Below are positions 31,372-40,715 of a stretch of 64,000 bases of DNA, in pieces. The notes below the pieces were generated by a model. The model searched no databases and was not told where the DNA came from. It was given only the letters and a program-made list of their open reading frames with translations. The position numbers and the translations under genes were made by a program. Numbering within the stretch: position 1 is the first letter of the stretch; every line of letters starts with the position of its first letter. Source of the stretch: a bacterium (GTDB lineage: Bacteria; Patescibacteriota; Patescibacteriia; SG8-24); the NCBI GenBank assembly GCA_043825985.1, contig JBDRRB010000062.1:1245-65244 (forward strand). The letters are read 5' to 3'.

Positions 31372-32103
31372 TCACTTCAGTCCGTGTTTCTTCTTGATGA
31401 TTCTTTCGGCCGCCTGGAACTTCTCGACCGGCCCGAGACGCAGGCCGAACCGCCGCCAGGGCAGCCGGTAGACGATTCCCGGCAGCCAGGTGCTGATCCC
31501 GCCCTTGTGGGGAATCGCCCTGAAAAGATATTCCGGTATCCAGACGCCGCGATGCCCCCGCTCCAGCATGGTCAGCCACAGGTCCCAGTCCTGCAGCCGC
31601 CGGACCGACTCGTCGAAGCCGGGAAAGTGCTCCCGCCGGATGAGCGACGTGGTATGGATGTAGTTGAGCTGCCGCAGGCGGTCGGCGTCGAACGGCCAAA
31701 AGCGAAACTTCTTCCAGCCGTAGCGGAACGAGCAGTAGGCGTAGGAGGCTTCGGGATTGTCTGCGAGCGTCTTTGCCATCCGTTCCAGGCAATCGGGCCG
31801 CATGACGATGTCGGCGTCGCAGAACAGCACCAGCCGTCCGCGGGAGCGTTCGAAGCCGCGGTTCCGGGCGGCGTTTCCGCCGCGGTTCTCCTGGCTGACG
31901 TAGTCGATCCGTTCCATGTACGGACCGAGTATCTCCTCCGTGCCGTCGGTCGAGCCGTCATTCACCACTATCACCTCAAAGTCCTGCCGGGTCTGGGCGA
32001 AGATGCTTTGAAGGCAAGCCGGCAATTCTCGCGCGTGCTGGTAGGCCGGAATGATGACGCTGATGGTCGGCTTCGGAGAGGAATTTTGTCTGTCTTCAGT
32101 CAT
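31372..32103 (-). CDS. family-2 glycosyltransferase
   Basis: ISVIIPAYQHARELPACLQSIFAQT...VIVVNDGSTDGT. Confidence 0.85.
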   Translation of the reverse strand: MTEDRQNSSPKPTISVIIPAYQHARELPACLQSIFAQTRQDFEVIVVNDGSTDGTEEILGPYMERIDYVSQENRGGNAARNRGFERSRGRLVLFCDADIVMRPDCLERMAKTLADNPEASYAYCSFRYGWKKFRFWPFDADRLRQLNYIHTTSLIRREHFPGFDESVRRLQDWDLWLTMLERGHRGVWIPEYLFRAIPHKGGISTWLPGIVYRLPWRRFGLRLGPVEKFQAAERIIKKKHGLK

Positions 32104-32115
32104 GCGAAAATGCCG

Positions 32116-33291
32116 CTAGGCTTTCGGGCCGGTCGCCCTGATCAGAATCTCCTCCAACTGACGAACCTGCCGGTCCTGTCCGTAGTCGGTTTCGACTCGC
32201 CGACGTCCACTCTCACCGAGTCGCTGCCGCAGTTCTTTGTCTTGCACCAGCTGCCGCAGCGCTGCCGCCAGGCTCGTCGGATCGCCCTCGTCGGCCAGCA
32301 GTCCGGTCTCATCTTCTAATACTGCTTCCGGCACCCCGCCGGTCCGCGTGCCGACCGTCGACTTGCCGAACAGCCCGGCCTCGACGTAGACGATGCCGAA
32401 ACCCTCCTGGTCGCCGCCACTGGCGTGCGGAGTCAGGACGAAAACGTCACAGGCGGACAGGGCCGCATGCAGATCCGCTTCGGACAGACGACCCAGAAAT
32501 GCAACGCTTGATTCCAAATTGAGTTCCTCGGCCAACTTCTCGAGCCGTTCCCGATCCGGACCATCACCGGCTATGAGCAGTTGAACCGACAATCCTTCGT
32601 CGACCAATATTCGCAAAACTTTCAGCTCGTCGTCGATCCCCTTCCGCCGCACCAGCCGACAGATCGTCAGCAGAACCAGATCCGATCCGGTCAGGCCGTG
32701 CCGGCGAAGAAAATTCTCTGCCGTCGCCGCCGGAATCCGCTCCGGCGCGTCGAGAGGCATCGAGGGCGGCGGCAGGACCACTTCGGCCCGCACCCGCCCT
32801 TCGGTCAACTTATCTACCAGGCCGGCCGTGTAGCGACTGTTGGCGATGACCGCCGCAGCATCACCAAGAACGCGCCGTGCCGCCCGCCGGTCCCGTCCCC
32901 CGTTCCCGTTCAGCACCAGGGCCACGTCCATGCCGTGCACGATGACCGCGTAGGGCACGCCGGTCAGACGACCGACCAGCCGGGCCGCCTTGCCCATGTT
33001 CATCAGGTGGCTGACCAGGATCAGGTCCGGCCGCTGCCGCCGCACCGACCGCCAGAGCCAAAAAAGGGTCGGCAGCCAACGCGGCCGCAGCCAACCCACT
33101 TCCAGCCGACGCCGTTCCACCTGCACCGAACCGAAAGCCGAACCGTCCGTCCCGTCGACAGTCGGCGCCAAGACACGCACCTCGCCTGTCCGGTAGCGGG
33201 TCGCGTAGTGGGCCAGATAGGTCGCCACCCCGCCGACGGCCGGCGGGAAGTCCACGGTCAGCAGCAGCAGGTTGCACCGGTCGGCACTCAT
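32116..33291 (-). CDS. family-4 (group 1) glycosyltransferase
   Basis: The start is the internal Met (MSADRCNLLLLT) at 33291, which forms an ATGA overlap with the wzx stop. The C-terminal EX7E-type region is GFGIVYVEAGLFGKSTVGTRTGGVPE. Confidence 0.8.
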   Translation of the reverse strand: MSADRCNLLLLTVDFPPAVGGVATYLAHYATRYRTGEVRVLAPTVDGTDGSAFGSVQVERRRLEVGWLRPRWLPTLFWLWRSVRRQRPDLILVSHLMNMGKAARLVGRLTGVPYAVIVHGMDVALVLNGNGGRDRRAARRVLGDAAAVIANSRYTAGLVDKLTEGRVRAEVVLPPPSMPLDAPERIPAATAENFLRRHGLTGSDLVLLTICRLVRRKGIDDELKVLRILVDEGLSVQLLIAGDGPDRERLEKLAEELNLESSVAFLGRLSEADLHAALSACDVFVLTPHASGGDQEGFGIVYVEAGLFGKSTVGTRTGGVPEAVLEDETGLLADEGDPTSLAAALRQLVQDKELRQRLGESGRRRVETDYGQDRQVRQLEEILIRATGPKA

Positions 33292-34919
33292 GACATCAGG
33301 TCGCTTACGCCCTTGCCGCGCCGCAGGAAGATGCTGGCCAGGATCTTCAGCTCGCTCAGGGTCACGGCACCGAACAGCAGAGCCGGAGCGACATAGGCCG
33401 CCACCCCGACCGGCACCAGCAGCAGCACGCTGACCTTCCCCCGCAGGGCCACCAGGACCAGCGACATGATGATCGCCGCGACCAGGGCCTTGCCGGCCTT
33501 GGCCCCGAAACGCCGCCAGTCCAGGCGCACCACGTCCCAGGAGAAGACTAGCGCCGACGACCACAACACCAGGTTGCCGGCGAGCGCCGCCACCGCGGCC
33601 CCGACCGGACCGTAGCGCGGGATCAGGATGACGTTCAGGACGATGTTGACGACCATGGTCAGGCCCATGGCCAAGGTGTTCCGGGCCTGACGGTCACAGG
33701 CGTTCAGCAGCGACCCGGCCGGCCAATAAAGGAAAGCGAAGACCAGCGAGGCCATCAGCACCTGCAGCGGCACGATCGCCCCGTTGAAGTCCGGCCCATA
33801 GAGCAGGCCGATGAACTGCGGGGCCAGCGAGCCGATCCCGGCGGCCAGCGGGAGCACGACGAGCGACAGGTAGGACAAAGACAGGGTGTAGATCCGGGAC
33901 AGGCCGCTCCGGTCGCCGGCGTACTGCTCGCTCATGGCCGGATAGACCGCGGCGGCGAAGGCCATCGGCAGGAACTGGAAGGCGAAGGCGATCTTGTAGG
34001 CCACGCCGTAGACGCCCACGGCCGACTCGGAGATCAGCTTCGAGAGCATGACCGAGTCGATGTAGGAATAGACCCGCGAAAAAATGCCGGCCAGGGCGAA
34101 CGGCACGGTGATCCGCCAGAAGAAACGGACGACTGGTGGTTCCAGTCGGAAGTTCAGGGCCGACAGGCCGAATCGACGCCGCAGCACGATCGCCGACCAG
34201 AGCACGTTGGCCAGGCTGCCGCACAGCAGGGCCACGACCAGAAAGTGCAGCGGCAGGCCTAAGGCGATGAAGGTCAGCCCGGCCCCGATCGACACCACCT
34301 GCCCGCCGACCACGCCGATCGCCTCGTAGCGCAGGTTCTGGAACCCGCGCATGGCGGCGTACAGGACCAGGTGAATCGAGTCGAGCACCATGACCGCGCT
34401 GGCGATGGCGATCATCAGCTGGGTCTGGGGGTGGTAGTTCAGGATCCGGGACGTGACCGAGACGGCGACGACCGTCAGCACGGCCAGCACGACCTTCATG
34501 CCCAAAACGTTCGACAGCAGCGACCCGGCCCGCGACCGGTCCTTGGCCACCTCGCGCACCAGCACGTTGGCCAGCCCCAGGTCGACGAAGATCGAGAACA
34601 TGGTAGTCAGCGAGACGGCCAGGAAATACTTCCCGGCCCCGTCCACCCCGACCGCCCGGGCGACGATGGTGAAATAGACGAAGGACAGCACCTTCTGCCC
34701 GACGAAAGCGGCCACCAGATAGGCCGTATTTTTGACTACTTTTTCTCCCGAGAGCCTGTCCGGAATCTCCTTCCTGGGATTTTTCGGGTCTTGTTTCGAG
34801 CGAAGGGCCGGAAGGTCGACGTGGCGCAGCGGTGTCTGCGGAGAGGAGACCTGACGGTTCTGTAGCCGAAAAAAGACCGAAAAAAACCGGAAAAGGAGGT
34901 TTCGGATAGGCTCAAGCAT
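33288..34919 (-). CDS. Wzx-like polysaccharide flippase (MOP superfamily)
   Basis: About 14 TM helices with a Wzx-type N-terminus (KNTAYLVAAFVGQKVLSFVYFTIVARAVGVDGAGKYF). Confidence 0.8.
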   Translation of the reverse strand: MLEPIRNLLFRFFSVFFRLQNRQVSSPQTPLRHVDLPALRSKQDPKNPRKEIPDRLSGEKVVKNTAYLVAAFVGQKVLSFVYFTIVARAVGVDGAGKYFLAVSLTTMFSIFVDLGLANVLVREVAKDRSRAGSLLSNVLGMKVVLAVLTVVAVSVTSRILNYHPQTQLMIAIASAVMVLDSIHLVLYAAMRGFQNLRYEAIGVVGGQVVSIGAGLTFIALGLPLHFLVVALLCGSLANVLWSAIVLRRRFGLSALNFRLEPPVVRFFWRITVPFALAGIFSRVYSYIDSVMLSKLISESAVGVYGVAYKIAFAFQFLPMAFAAAVYPAMSEQYAGDRSGLSRIYTLSLSYLSLVVLPLAAGIGSLAPQFIGLLYGPDFNGAIVPLQVLMASLVFAFLYWPAGSLLNACDRQARNTLAMGLTMVVNIVLNVILIPRYGPVGAAVAALAGNLVLWSSALVFSWDVVRLDWRRFGAKAGKALVAAIIMSLVLVALRGKVSVLLLVPVGVAAYVAPALLFGAVTLSELKILASIFLRRGKGVSDLMS

Positions 34920-35157
34920 ATGAGGGAATCTTACCGGCCGGAACCCCAGACTTCAAGGAAACACCGAACTAAAACTTCCATCCCCAAAAAGTGCTCCGAA
35001 AGCTCACCTCCAAGTCTGACGGGGCCCCGAACGGGATGCAGTGTATCCGGCTGGACTGAGGGAAGTTCGCGAGGCGCACTGAATCGGTGCGACGACCGAA
35101 TCCCCGAAGGAAGCCGGATGCAATGCGCCCGTTCTGGGACCCGCATGAAACCAAAAG

Positions 35158-35190
35158 CCGGCCCCGTGGGAGGCCGGCTCGGATTTCTTG
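35158..35190 (-). terminator. rho-independent terminator after rpsI
   Basis: Minus-strand agccggcctcccacggggccggct followed by tttggttt. Confidence 0.6.
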
Positions 35191-35199
35191 AAAATGGTC

Positions 35200-35767
<568 letters not shown>

Positions 35768-35775
<8 letters not shown>

Positions 35776-36133
35776 TGTGAACCTTGAGTCTCTTCATTCG
35801 ACCGTTCTGCAGCCGGTTCTTGGGCAGCATGTTCTTGACCGCCCGGCGGATGGCGTCGGCCGGATCCTTGGCCATGACGTCCTTGAGCTGGCGTTCCTTC
35901 ATTCCGCCCGGATATCCGGAGTAGTGGTAGTACTTCTTCTGCTCGAGCTTGTTTCCCAGAACCTTAACCAGGGCCGCGTTGCGGATCTCGACGATGTCGC
36001 CGACGTCCTTCTGCGGCTCGTACTGCGGCTTGTGCTTGCCCATAAGCAGCGTAGCCGTCTCGCTCGCCACCCGTCCGATGCTTCGTCCGGCGGCGTCGAT
36101 CTTGACCGTTTCCCTTTTGATAGAGGTTGCCAT
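35768..36133 (-). CDS. rplM: 50S ribosomal protein L13
   Basis: Start at internal Met MATSIKRETVKIDAAGRSIGRVASETATLLMGKHKPQYEP (nt 36133), chosen over the upstream extension of the long ORF. Confidence 0.85.
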
Positions 36134-36137
36134 AATG

Positions 36138-36488
36138 CTAGACCAGTTCAATCTGAACCATCTCCGCACCGTCGCCCTGCCGAAACCCGACGCCGGTGAT
36201 CCTGGTGTAGCCGCCGTTTCGGTCCACGTAGCGCGGACCGAGCTCCTCCACGACCTTCTTGACCGCGTTGTCGCCGTAGACGACCCGGTTGATCCGGCGC
36301 CGTGCGGCCAAATCACCCTTCCGGCCGTCAGTGATCAGCTTCTCCACCATCGACTGAACCGCCTTGGCCTTGGCCTTGGTGGTCTGGACCCTCTCGTAGA
36401 GGATGACGCTGGTGGCCAAGCTGCGCAGCAGCGCCTCACGCGGCCCCTTCTTCCTGTCTAGAGTTTTTCCTACCTTGCGGTGGCGCAT
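36138..36488 (-). CDS. rplQ: 50S ribosomal protein L17
   Basis: MRHRKVGKTLDRKKGPREALLRSLATSVILYERVQTTKAKAK. Confidence 0.92.
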   Translation of the reverse strand: MRHRKVGKTLDRKKGPREALLRSLATSVILYERVQTTKAKAKAVQSMVEKLITDGRKGDLAARRRINRVVYGDNAVKKVVEELGPRYVDRNGGYTRITGVGFRQGDGAEMVQIELV

Positions 36489-36508
36489 ACTATTCAGTCC
36501 CTACTCCC

Positions 36509-37330
36509 CTATTCGGAGGATTTCTTCTTGCCCTTCTTGGATTTCTTCTCCTCGACCTCTTCCTCCTCCGTCTCGGACCCGACCGGTTCGCCGTCGTCGG
36601 CCGCGGCCGGCTCGTCGCTGTCGCCATTCTCCTCCGGGGCGGAACCGTGGTTGGACAGCAGGGAGAAGTAGTCGAGCAGGATGCAGACCGACTGGTCGAT
36701 CGCCTCCTTCGGGGTGATGGTGCCGTCGGTCTCGATGTTCATCGTCAGCCGGTCGTAGTTGGTGACGTCACCGACACGGGCGTTCTCCACCTGGTAGCCG
36801 ACCTCACGGACCGGAGAGAAGACGGCGTCGACCGCGATCGTCCCCAGTTCCGGCGTCTCGTCGCTGCGTTCCTCGACCGTGACGTAGCCGCGTCCGCGCT
36901 CGACGATGATCTCCATCTCGAAACTGGACTTCTTGTCGGTCAGCGTGGCGATGTGCAGCTCCGGGTTGGCGATCTCCACGTCCGAGTTGGCCTCGATGTC
37001 GGCGGCCGTCACTTCCTTCTCGCCCTTGGCGGACAGGTGCAGGCGGACCGGGGCGTCGGAGAAGACGCGCAGGCGCAGCTCCTTGAGGTTGAGGACTATC
37101 TCCAGGATGTCCTCCTTCACGCCGTCGATGCCCGAAAACTCGTGCTGCGCGCCGATGATCTTGACCGCCGTCACGGCCGCACCCGGCAGGGAGGACAGCA
37201 GTACCCGACGCAGGGTATTGCCGAGCGTCGTGCCGTAGCCGTGGTAGCACGGCTCGACCACCAGGGTGGCGGTGTTCTCGTCCTCACCCGGGCTTAGCTC
37301 GATCTTGGATGGTAGCAATATTTCTTCCAT
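36509..37330 (-). CDS. rpoA: DNA-directed RNA polymerase alpha subunit, N-terminal domain only; the C-terminus is an acidic/Lys-rich tail in place of an alpha-CTD
   Basis: The alpha-NTD is present (EPCYHGYGTTLGNTLRRVLLSSLPGAAVTAVKI). The protein ends ...SAPEENGDSDEPAAADDGEPVGSETEEEEVEEKKSKKGKKKSSE at 273 aa. No helix-hairpin-helix CTD sequence is present. Confidence 0.85.
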   Translation of the reverse strand: MEEILLPSKIELSPGEDENTATLVVEPCYHGYGTTLGNTLRRVLLSSLPGAAVTAVKIIGAQHEFSGIDGVKEDILEIVLNLKELRLRVFSDAPVRLHLSAKGEKEVTAADIEANSDVEIANPELHIATLTDKKSSFEMEIIVERGRGYVTVEERSDETPELGTIAVDAVFSPVREVGYQVENARVGDVTNYDRLTMNIETDGTITPKEAIDQSVCILLDYFSLLSNHGSAPEENGDSDEPAAADDGEPVGSETEEEEVEEKKSKKGKKKSSE

Positions 37331-37358
37331 ATTGATGCTCCTCCTATTTTAGCCCCGC

Positions 37359-37991
37359 CTAGCGCGAGTAGAACTCGACGATCAGCTGGGGATTGAAATT
37401 TTGCTTGAGGTCCTCGTCCTTCGGCGCGTGCAGGACCTTGCCCGACACCTCCTTGGCGTCAAGGTGCAGCCAGCCTGGGGTAAGGTGCTGCTCCAGCCGG
37501 GAGGTCAGGTCGTTCTGCATGGACGGGCGGGCCTTGGTCCGGGCGGACAGGGTGATGATGTCGCCCTCCTTGACCTGATACGACGGGATCGAAACGGTCC
37601 GGCCGTTGACCAGGACGTGGCCATGGTTGACGGTCTGCCTGGCGATGGCCCTCGAACGGGCGAAGCCGAGGCGGAAGACGACGTTGTCGAGCCGCATCTC
37701 GAGCAGCTGGACCATGGTGTCGGTCGTGTTGCCGGTCTTGCCCTTGGCCGTGTCGAAGTAGCGCCGGAACTGACGCTCCAACAGTCCGTAGGTGCTCTTG
37801 GCCTTCTGCTTCTCGCGCAGCTGAATGCCGTACGGGGTCGGCCGGACGCGGTTAACCGGACCGTGCACGCCCGGACGGTATGCCCGCTTGACCATCGGAC
37901 ACTTGGCCGTCAGGCACTTGTCCCCCTTCAGGTGCAGCTTCTCGCCCTCGCGGCGGCACTGCTTGCATTTTGGTTCAAGATTCCTTCCCAT
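37359..37991 (-). CDS. rpsD: 30S ribosomal protein S4 (zinc-ribbon type)
   Basis: The N-terminus CKQCRREGEKLHLKGDKCLTAKC gives four Cys. S4 domain present. Confidence 0.92.
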   Translation of the reverse strand: MGRNLEPKCKQCRREGEKLHLKGDKCLTAKCPMVKRAYRPGVHGPVNRVRPTPYGIQLREKQKAKSTYGLLERQFRRYFDTAKGKTGNTTDTMVQLLEMRLDNVVFRLGFARSRAIARQTVNHGHVLVNGRTVSIPSYQVKEGDIITLSARTKARPSMQNDLTSRLEQHLTPGWLHLDAKEVSGKVLHAPKDEDLKQNFNPQLIVEFYSR

Positions 37992-37997
37992 AGGTCA

Positions 37998-38492
37998 TCA
38001 GATACGCCGCGGCTTGGGAGCCCGGCAGCCGTTATGCGGAATCGGTGTCACGTCCTTGATCGCGCTGACGATCAGCCCGTTGGCGTGCAGCGCGCGGATG
38101 GCGCCCTCGCGTCCGGAGCCGATGCCCCGAACGAAGACCATCACTTCCTTGAGTCCGGTCTCGTGCACCTTGTCGCAGACGTCCTTGACGATGACGCTGG
38201 CGGCGTACGGGGTGGACTTCTTCGGTCCGCGGAACCCGCAGACGCCGGCCGAGGACCAGCCCAGCACGTTGCCGTGCTGGTCGGTCAGGGTGACGATGGT
38301 GTTGTTGTAGGTGGCCTGAATGTAGGCCCGACCGAAGGACACGCTCTTGATCGTCTTCTTCTTTCCGCCACGTCCGCGCACGTTGCGGACCGGCTTCTTT
38401 CCGCCCTGGGTCGAGGAAGCCTTCTGGTCGCCGGCGACGGCCGGTTCCTGGGGCTCCTGGACGGCGGTATTGTTGGCCATTTCTTCTGCCAT
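37998..38492 (-). CDS. rpsK: 30S ribosomal protein S11 with basic N-terminal extension
   Basis: S11 core: TIVTLTDQHGNVLGWSSAGVCGFRGPKKSTPYAA. Confidence 0.9.
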   Translation of the reverse strand: MAEEMANNTAVQEPQEPAVAGDQKASSTQGGKKPVRNVRGRGGKKKTIKSVSFGRAYIQATYNNTIVTLTDQHGNVLGWSSAGVCGFRGPKKSTPYAASVIVKDVCDKVHETGLKEVMVFVRGIGSGREGAIRALHANGLIVSAIKDVTPIPHNGCRAPKPRRI

Positions 38493-38514
38493 ACAGAGTT
38501 CAGTTCGTCGACGG

Positions 38515-38898
38515 TTACTTCTTATCGACCTTGGTGCGTCCGGAAGCCATGGTCCGGCGGACGTTGCCGCGCACCGTACGGCAGTTGGTCTTGGTCCGCT
38601 GGCCGCGGGCCGGCAGCGACTTGATGTGCCGCAGTCCGCGGTAGCAGCCGATCTCCTTGAGGCGCTTGATGCTGGCCGCGACCTCCCGGCGCAGCTCGCC
38701 CTCGACTCGGTACTGCTTCTCGATCACCTCGCGCAGCTTGTTCACCTCGGCGTCAGGCAGGTCGTTCATCCTGATGTCCGGGCTGATCTTGAGCTTGGAC
38801 AGGATCTCGTTGGAGCGACTCCGCCCGATGCCCTTGATGTAGGTCAGGGCGATCTCGATGCGCTTGTTGGGTAGTGTTATGCCGGCGATACGGGCCAT
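38515..38898 (-). CDS. rpsM: 30S ribosomal protein S13
   Basis: [33 protein letters not shown]. Confidence 0.93.
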   Translation of the reverse strand: MARIAGITLPNKRIEIALTYIKGIGRSRSNEILSKLKISPDIRMNDLPDAEVNKLREVIEKQYRVEGELRREVAASIKRLKEIGCYRGLRHIKSLPARGQRTKTNCRTVRGNVRRTMASGRTKVDKK

Positions 38899-38940
38899 AG
38901 TCTTTCGGTAGATGATTCCAAAATGAATTTCGCGCCGCCC

Positions 38941-39054
38941 TTAGCCCTGGCGCTGCTTGTGCCGTGCGGTCTGGCAGATCACGTATAGGCGGTTCTTGCG
39001 CCTGATGACCTTGCAGTTGCGGCAGATTTTCTTTACGGAAGCTCTGACTTTCAT
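38941..39054 (-). CDS. rpmJ: 50S ribosomal protein L36
   Basis: Translated by hand from the minus strand: [37 protein letters not shown]. The six-frame track does not list it because the frame is short. Confidence 0.9.
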   Translation of the reverse strand: MKVRASVKKICRNCKVIRRKNRLYVICQTARHKQRQG

Positions 39055-39263
39055 GTTCCTGGCGACTCAACTCGTCTCCGGATCCCGGTGGGCGGTTTCT
39101 GTTTCTTATAAATAAATAGACCTCCTGTTTCCAGAGGCTTTAAACGGAAAGGCACCCAGTGCTTCTCCACCTAGCTTCGGAAACGGGGATTTTACGATCT
39201 TCAGGACACGAACGACCGATCCGACACCAGATTCTGACTGCAGCCTGACGGCACAGACGAAAA

Positions 39264-39548
39264 CTAGTAGCGGTAGGTAATCCTGCCCTTTGAGAGATCG
39301 TACGGGGTCATCTCCACCTTCACCTCGTCACCCGGGAGCAGTCTGATGCGGAACATCCGCATCTTGCCCGACAGATGAGCAAGGATGGTCTGGCCGTTGT
39401 CTAGCCGGACCTTGAAGGTTCCCGCCGGAAGGCTTTCCTCGACGACACCGTTGAACTCGATGAACCCCTTGGAGACGTTCTGGTCATCCCCGCTGGCGCC
39501 ATCCCCCGTTCGCTTCTTCTTTTTAGCTTTCCTGAACCTTGCAGCCAT
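39264..39548 (-). CDS. infA: translation initiation factor IF-1 with Lys-rich N-terminal extension
   Basis: S1-like core [61 protein letters not shown]. Confidence 0.88.
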   Translation of the reverse strand: MAARFRKAKKKKRTGDGASGDDQNVSKGFIEFNGVVEESLPAGTFKVRLDNGQTILAHLSGKMRMFRIRLLPGDEVKVEMTPYDLSKGRITYRY

Positions 39549-39705
39549 AGTGGCTGAAGAATAGCGAAATTAAGGGAAAAACGCAATCGGGTGAAGGACC
39601 TTCTTCTCCTAGGTTCACCGAAGCACCACTATTTTAGCAGCATTCTCGGAGCTGTCAAGCGCCGAAACCACGACCGGCCGCGACAGGCGCTGAATTAGGC
39701 CTGCC

Positions 39706-40530
39706 CTAGCCCCGACTGTCCCGGTCTTGGCTGGCCAGGGACGGGTCATACATGACCCGGGCCAGGTTATGCAGCAGGTCCTCCTCCACGATCAGCTGAC
39801 CGGTGCTGGCGTCCACGACTTCGCGCCACAGCTGATTTTCCCGCCACCAGACACCTTCGGCGTCGGCAAAGAAGCGGTGGTCCCGTTCGACCACGTGATA
39901 GCGACGGAATGTTTCGGCGTCGGCAAAAAGCGCCCCGTACAGGAATCGCTCCCCTACCCGTACCCTAAGCCGAAAGGTCAGGTTGGTCCGGTTTACGGCC
40001 TGGAGGTCAACGTAGTTGTAGAAGACCGTGGCGCCGGAACCGAACGGCAGCACGCGACCGGAATCGGGAAAGACGTCGTACCCGTGCCGAAACCGCTCAG
40101 TCACCTCGAGCGGCGAATGCAGGAACAGCCAGTACAGGAGGTTGCCCATCTGGCACAGTCCGCCGCCCACGCCCTCGATGACCTGGCCCTGCGACAGCAG
40201 CATGCCCGGGACGAAACCGCGGCGCGCCGACGGTCGCCCGACCAGCCGCCAAAATGAAAACGTCTCCCCCGGACGGATGACCGTGTTGTCGATCGCCGCC
40301 GCGGCCAGCCGGAGATTGGTCACCTTGTTGTGCTGCAGGCGCAGATCGGACACGCCGAGCGTGCGGATCAGCACCGACCGGTGACGGGCGATCCTGAACG
40401 TCGTCTCGGGACCGGAACGCGGTCGGGCATAGCGGACGCGGCTGAACGCCTGACGAAGCCTCCGCCGAAGGCGATGACGTTCGACGTTCAGGGCATAGAG
40501 CCAGGGATGTGCGGCGCGGCTGATGGGCAT
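39706..40530 (-). CDS. VanW-family protein
   Basis: The VanW domain hallmark VEGVGGGLCQMGNLLYW is present. Confidence 0.7.
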   Translation of the reverse strand: MPISRAAHPWLYALNVERHRLRRRLRQAFSRVRYARPRSGPETTFRIARHRSVLIRTLGVSDLRLQHNKVTNLRLAAAAIDNTVIRPGETFSFWRLVGRPSARRGFVPGMLLSQGQVIEGVGGGLCQMGNLLYWLFLHSPLEVTERFRHGYDVFPDSGRVLPFGSGATVFYNYVDLQAVNRTNLTFRLRVRVGERFLYGALFADAETFRRYHVVERDHRFFADAEGVWWRENQLWREVVDASTGQLIVEEDLLHNLARVMYDPSLASQDRDSRG

Positions 40531-40654
40531 ACTGGAATCATGGACGGACCGAAATATACGACGACAATCGTATCACATCCAGGGAGCCTGCTATCAAGGC
40601 ATTCGAATGGGCCCGATCAGGCCACACACCATTCGACAGAACAAGAGAACTGTT

Positions 40655-40700
40655 TCCGACAAAAAGACAAAGCCGTCGGCCTGACGACCGACGACCTTTT
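40655..40700 (-). terminator. rho-independent terminator after alaS
   Basis: Minus strand ccgtcggtcgtcaggccgacgg followed by ctttgtctttttg. Confidence 0.55.
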
Positions 40701-40715
40701 CTTCAAGAACGCGCC

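Noticed and set aside
30172-33396. ORFs 30172..30897(-), 30570..31397(+), 31255..32319(+), 32581..33396(+) and 31572..31961(-)
   Set aside because: They are alternate frames or antisense frames of the GT2, GT2 and GT4 genes. No independent support.
33292-33564. N-terminal extension of the GT4 ORF up to 33564
   Set aside because: It would overlap 270 nt of the wzx gene. The internal ATG at 33291 gives a classical ATGA stop/start overlap and a typical GT4 N-terminus.
36647-38624. Long + strand ORFs (216 aa and 407 aa) over rpoA/rpsD/rpsK
   Set aside because: They are antisense to unmistakable ribosomal protein and RpoA genes.
38753-39070. 105-aa minus-strand ORF spanning the rpsM start and rpmJ
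   Set aside because: The wrong frame. The rpmJ frame hand-translates to a canonical L36 ([19 protein letters not shown]...).
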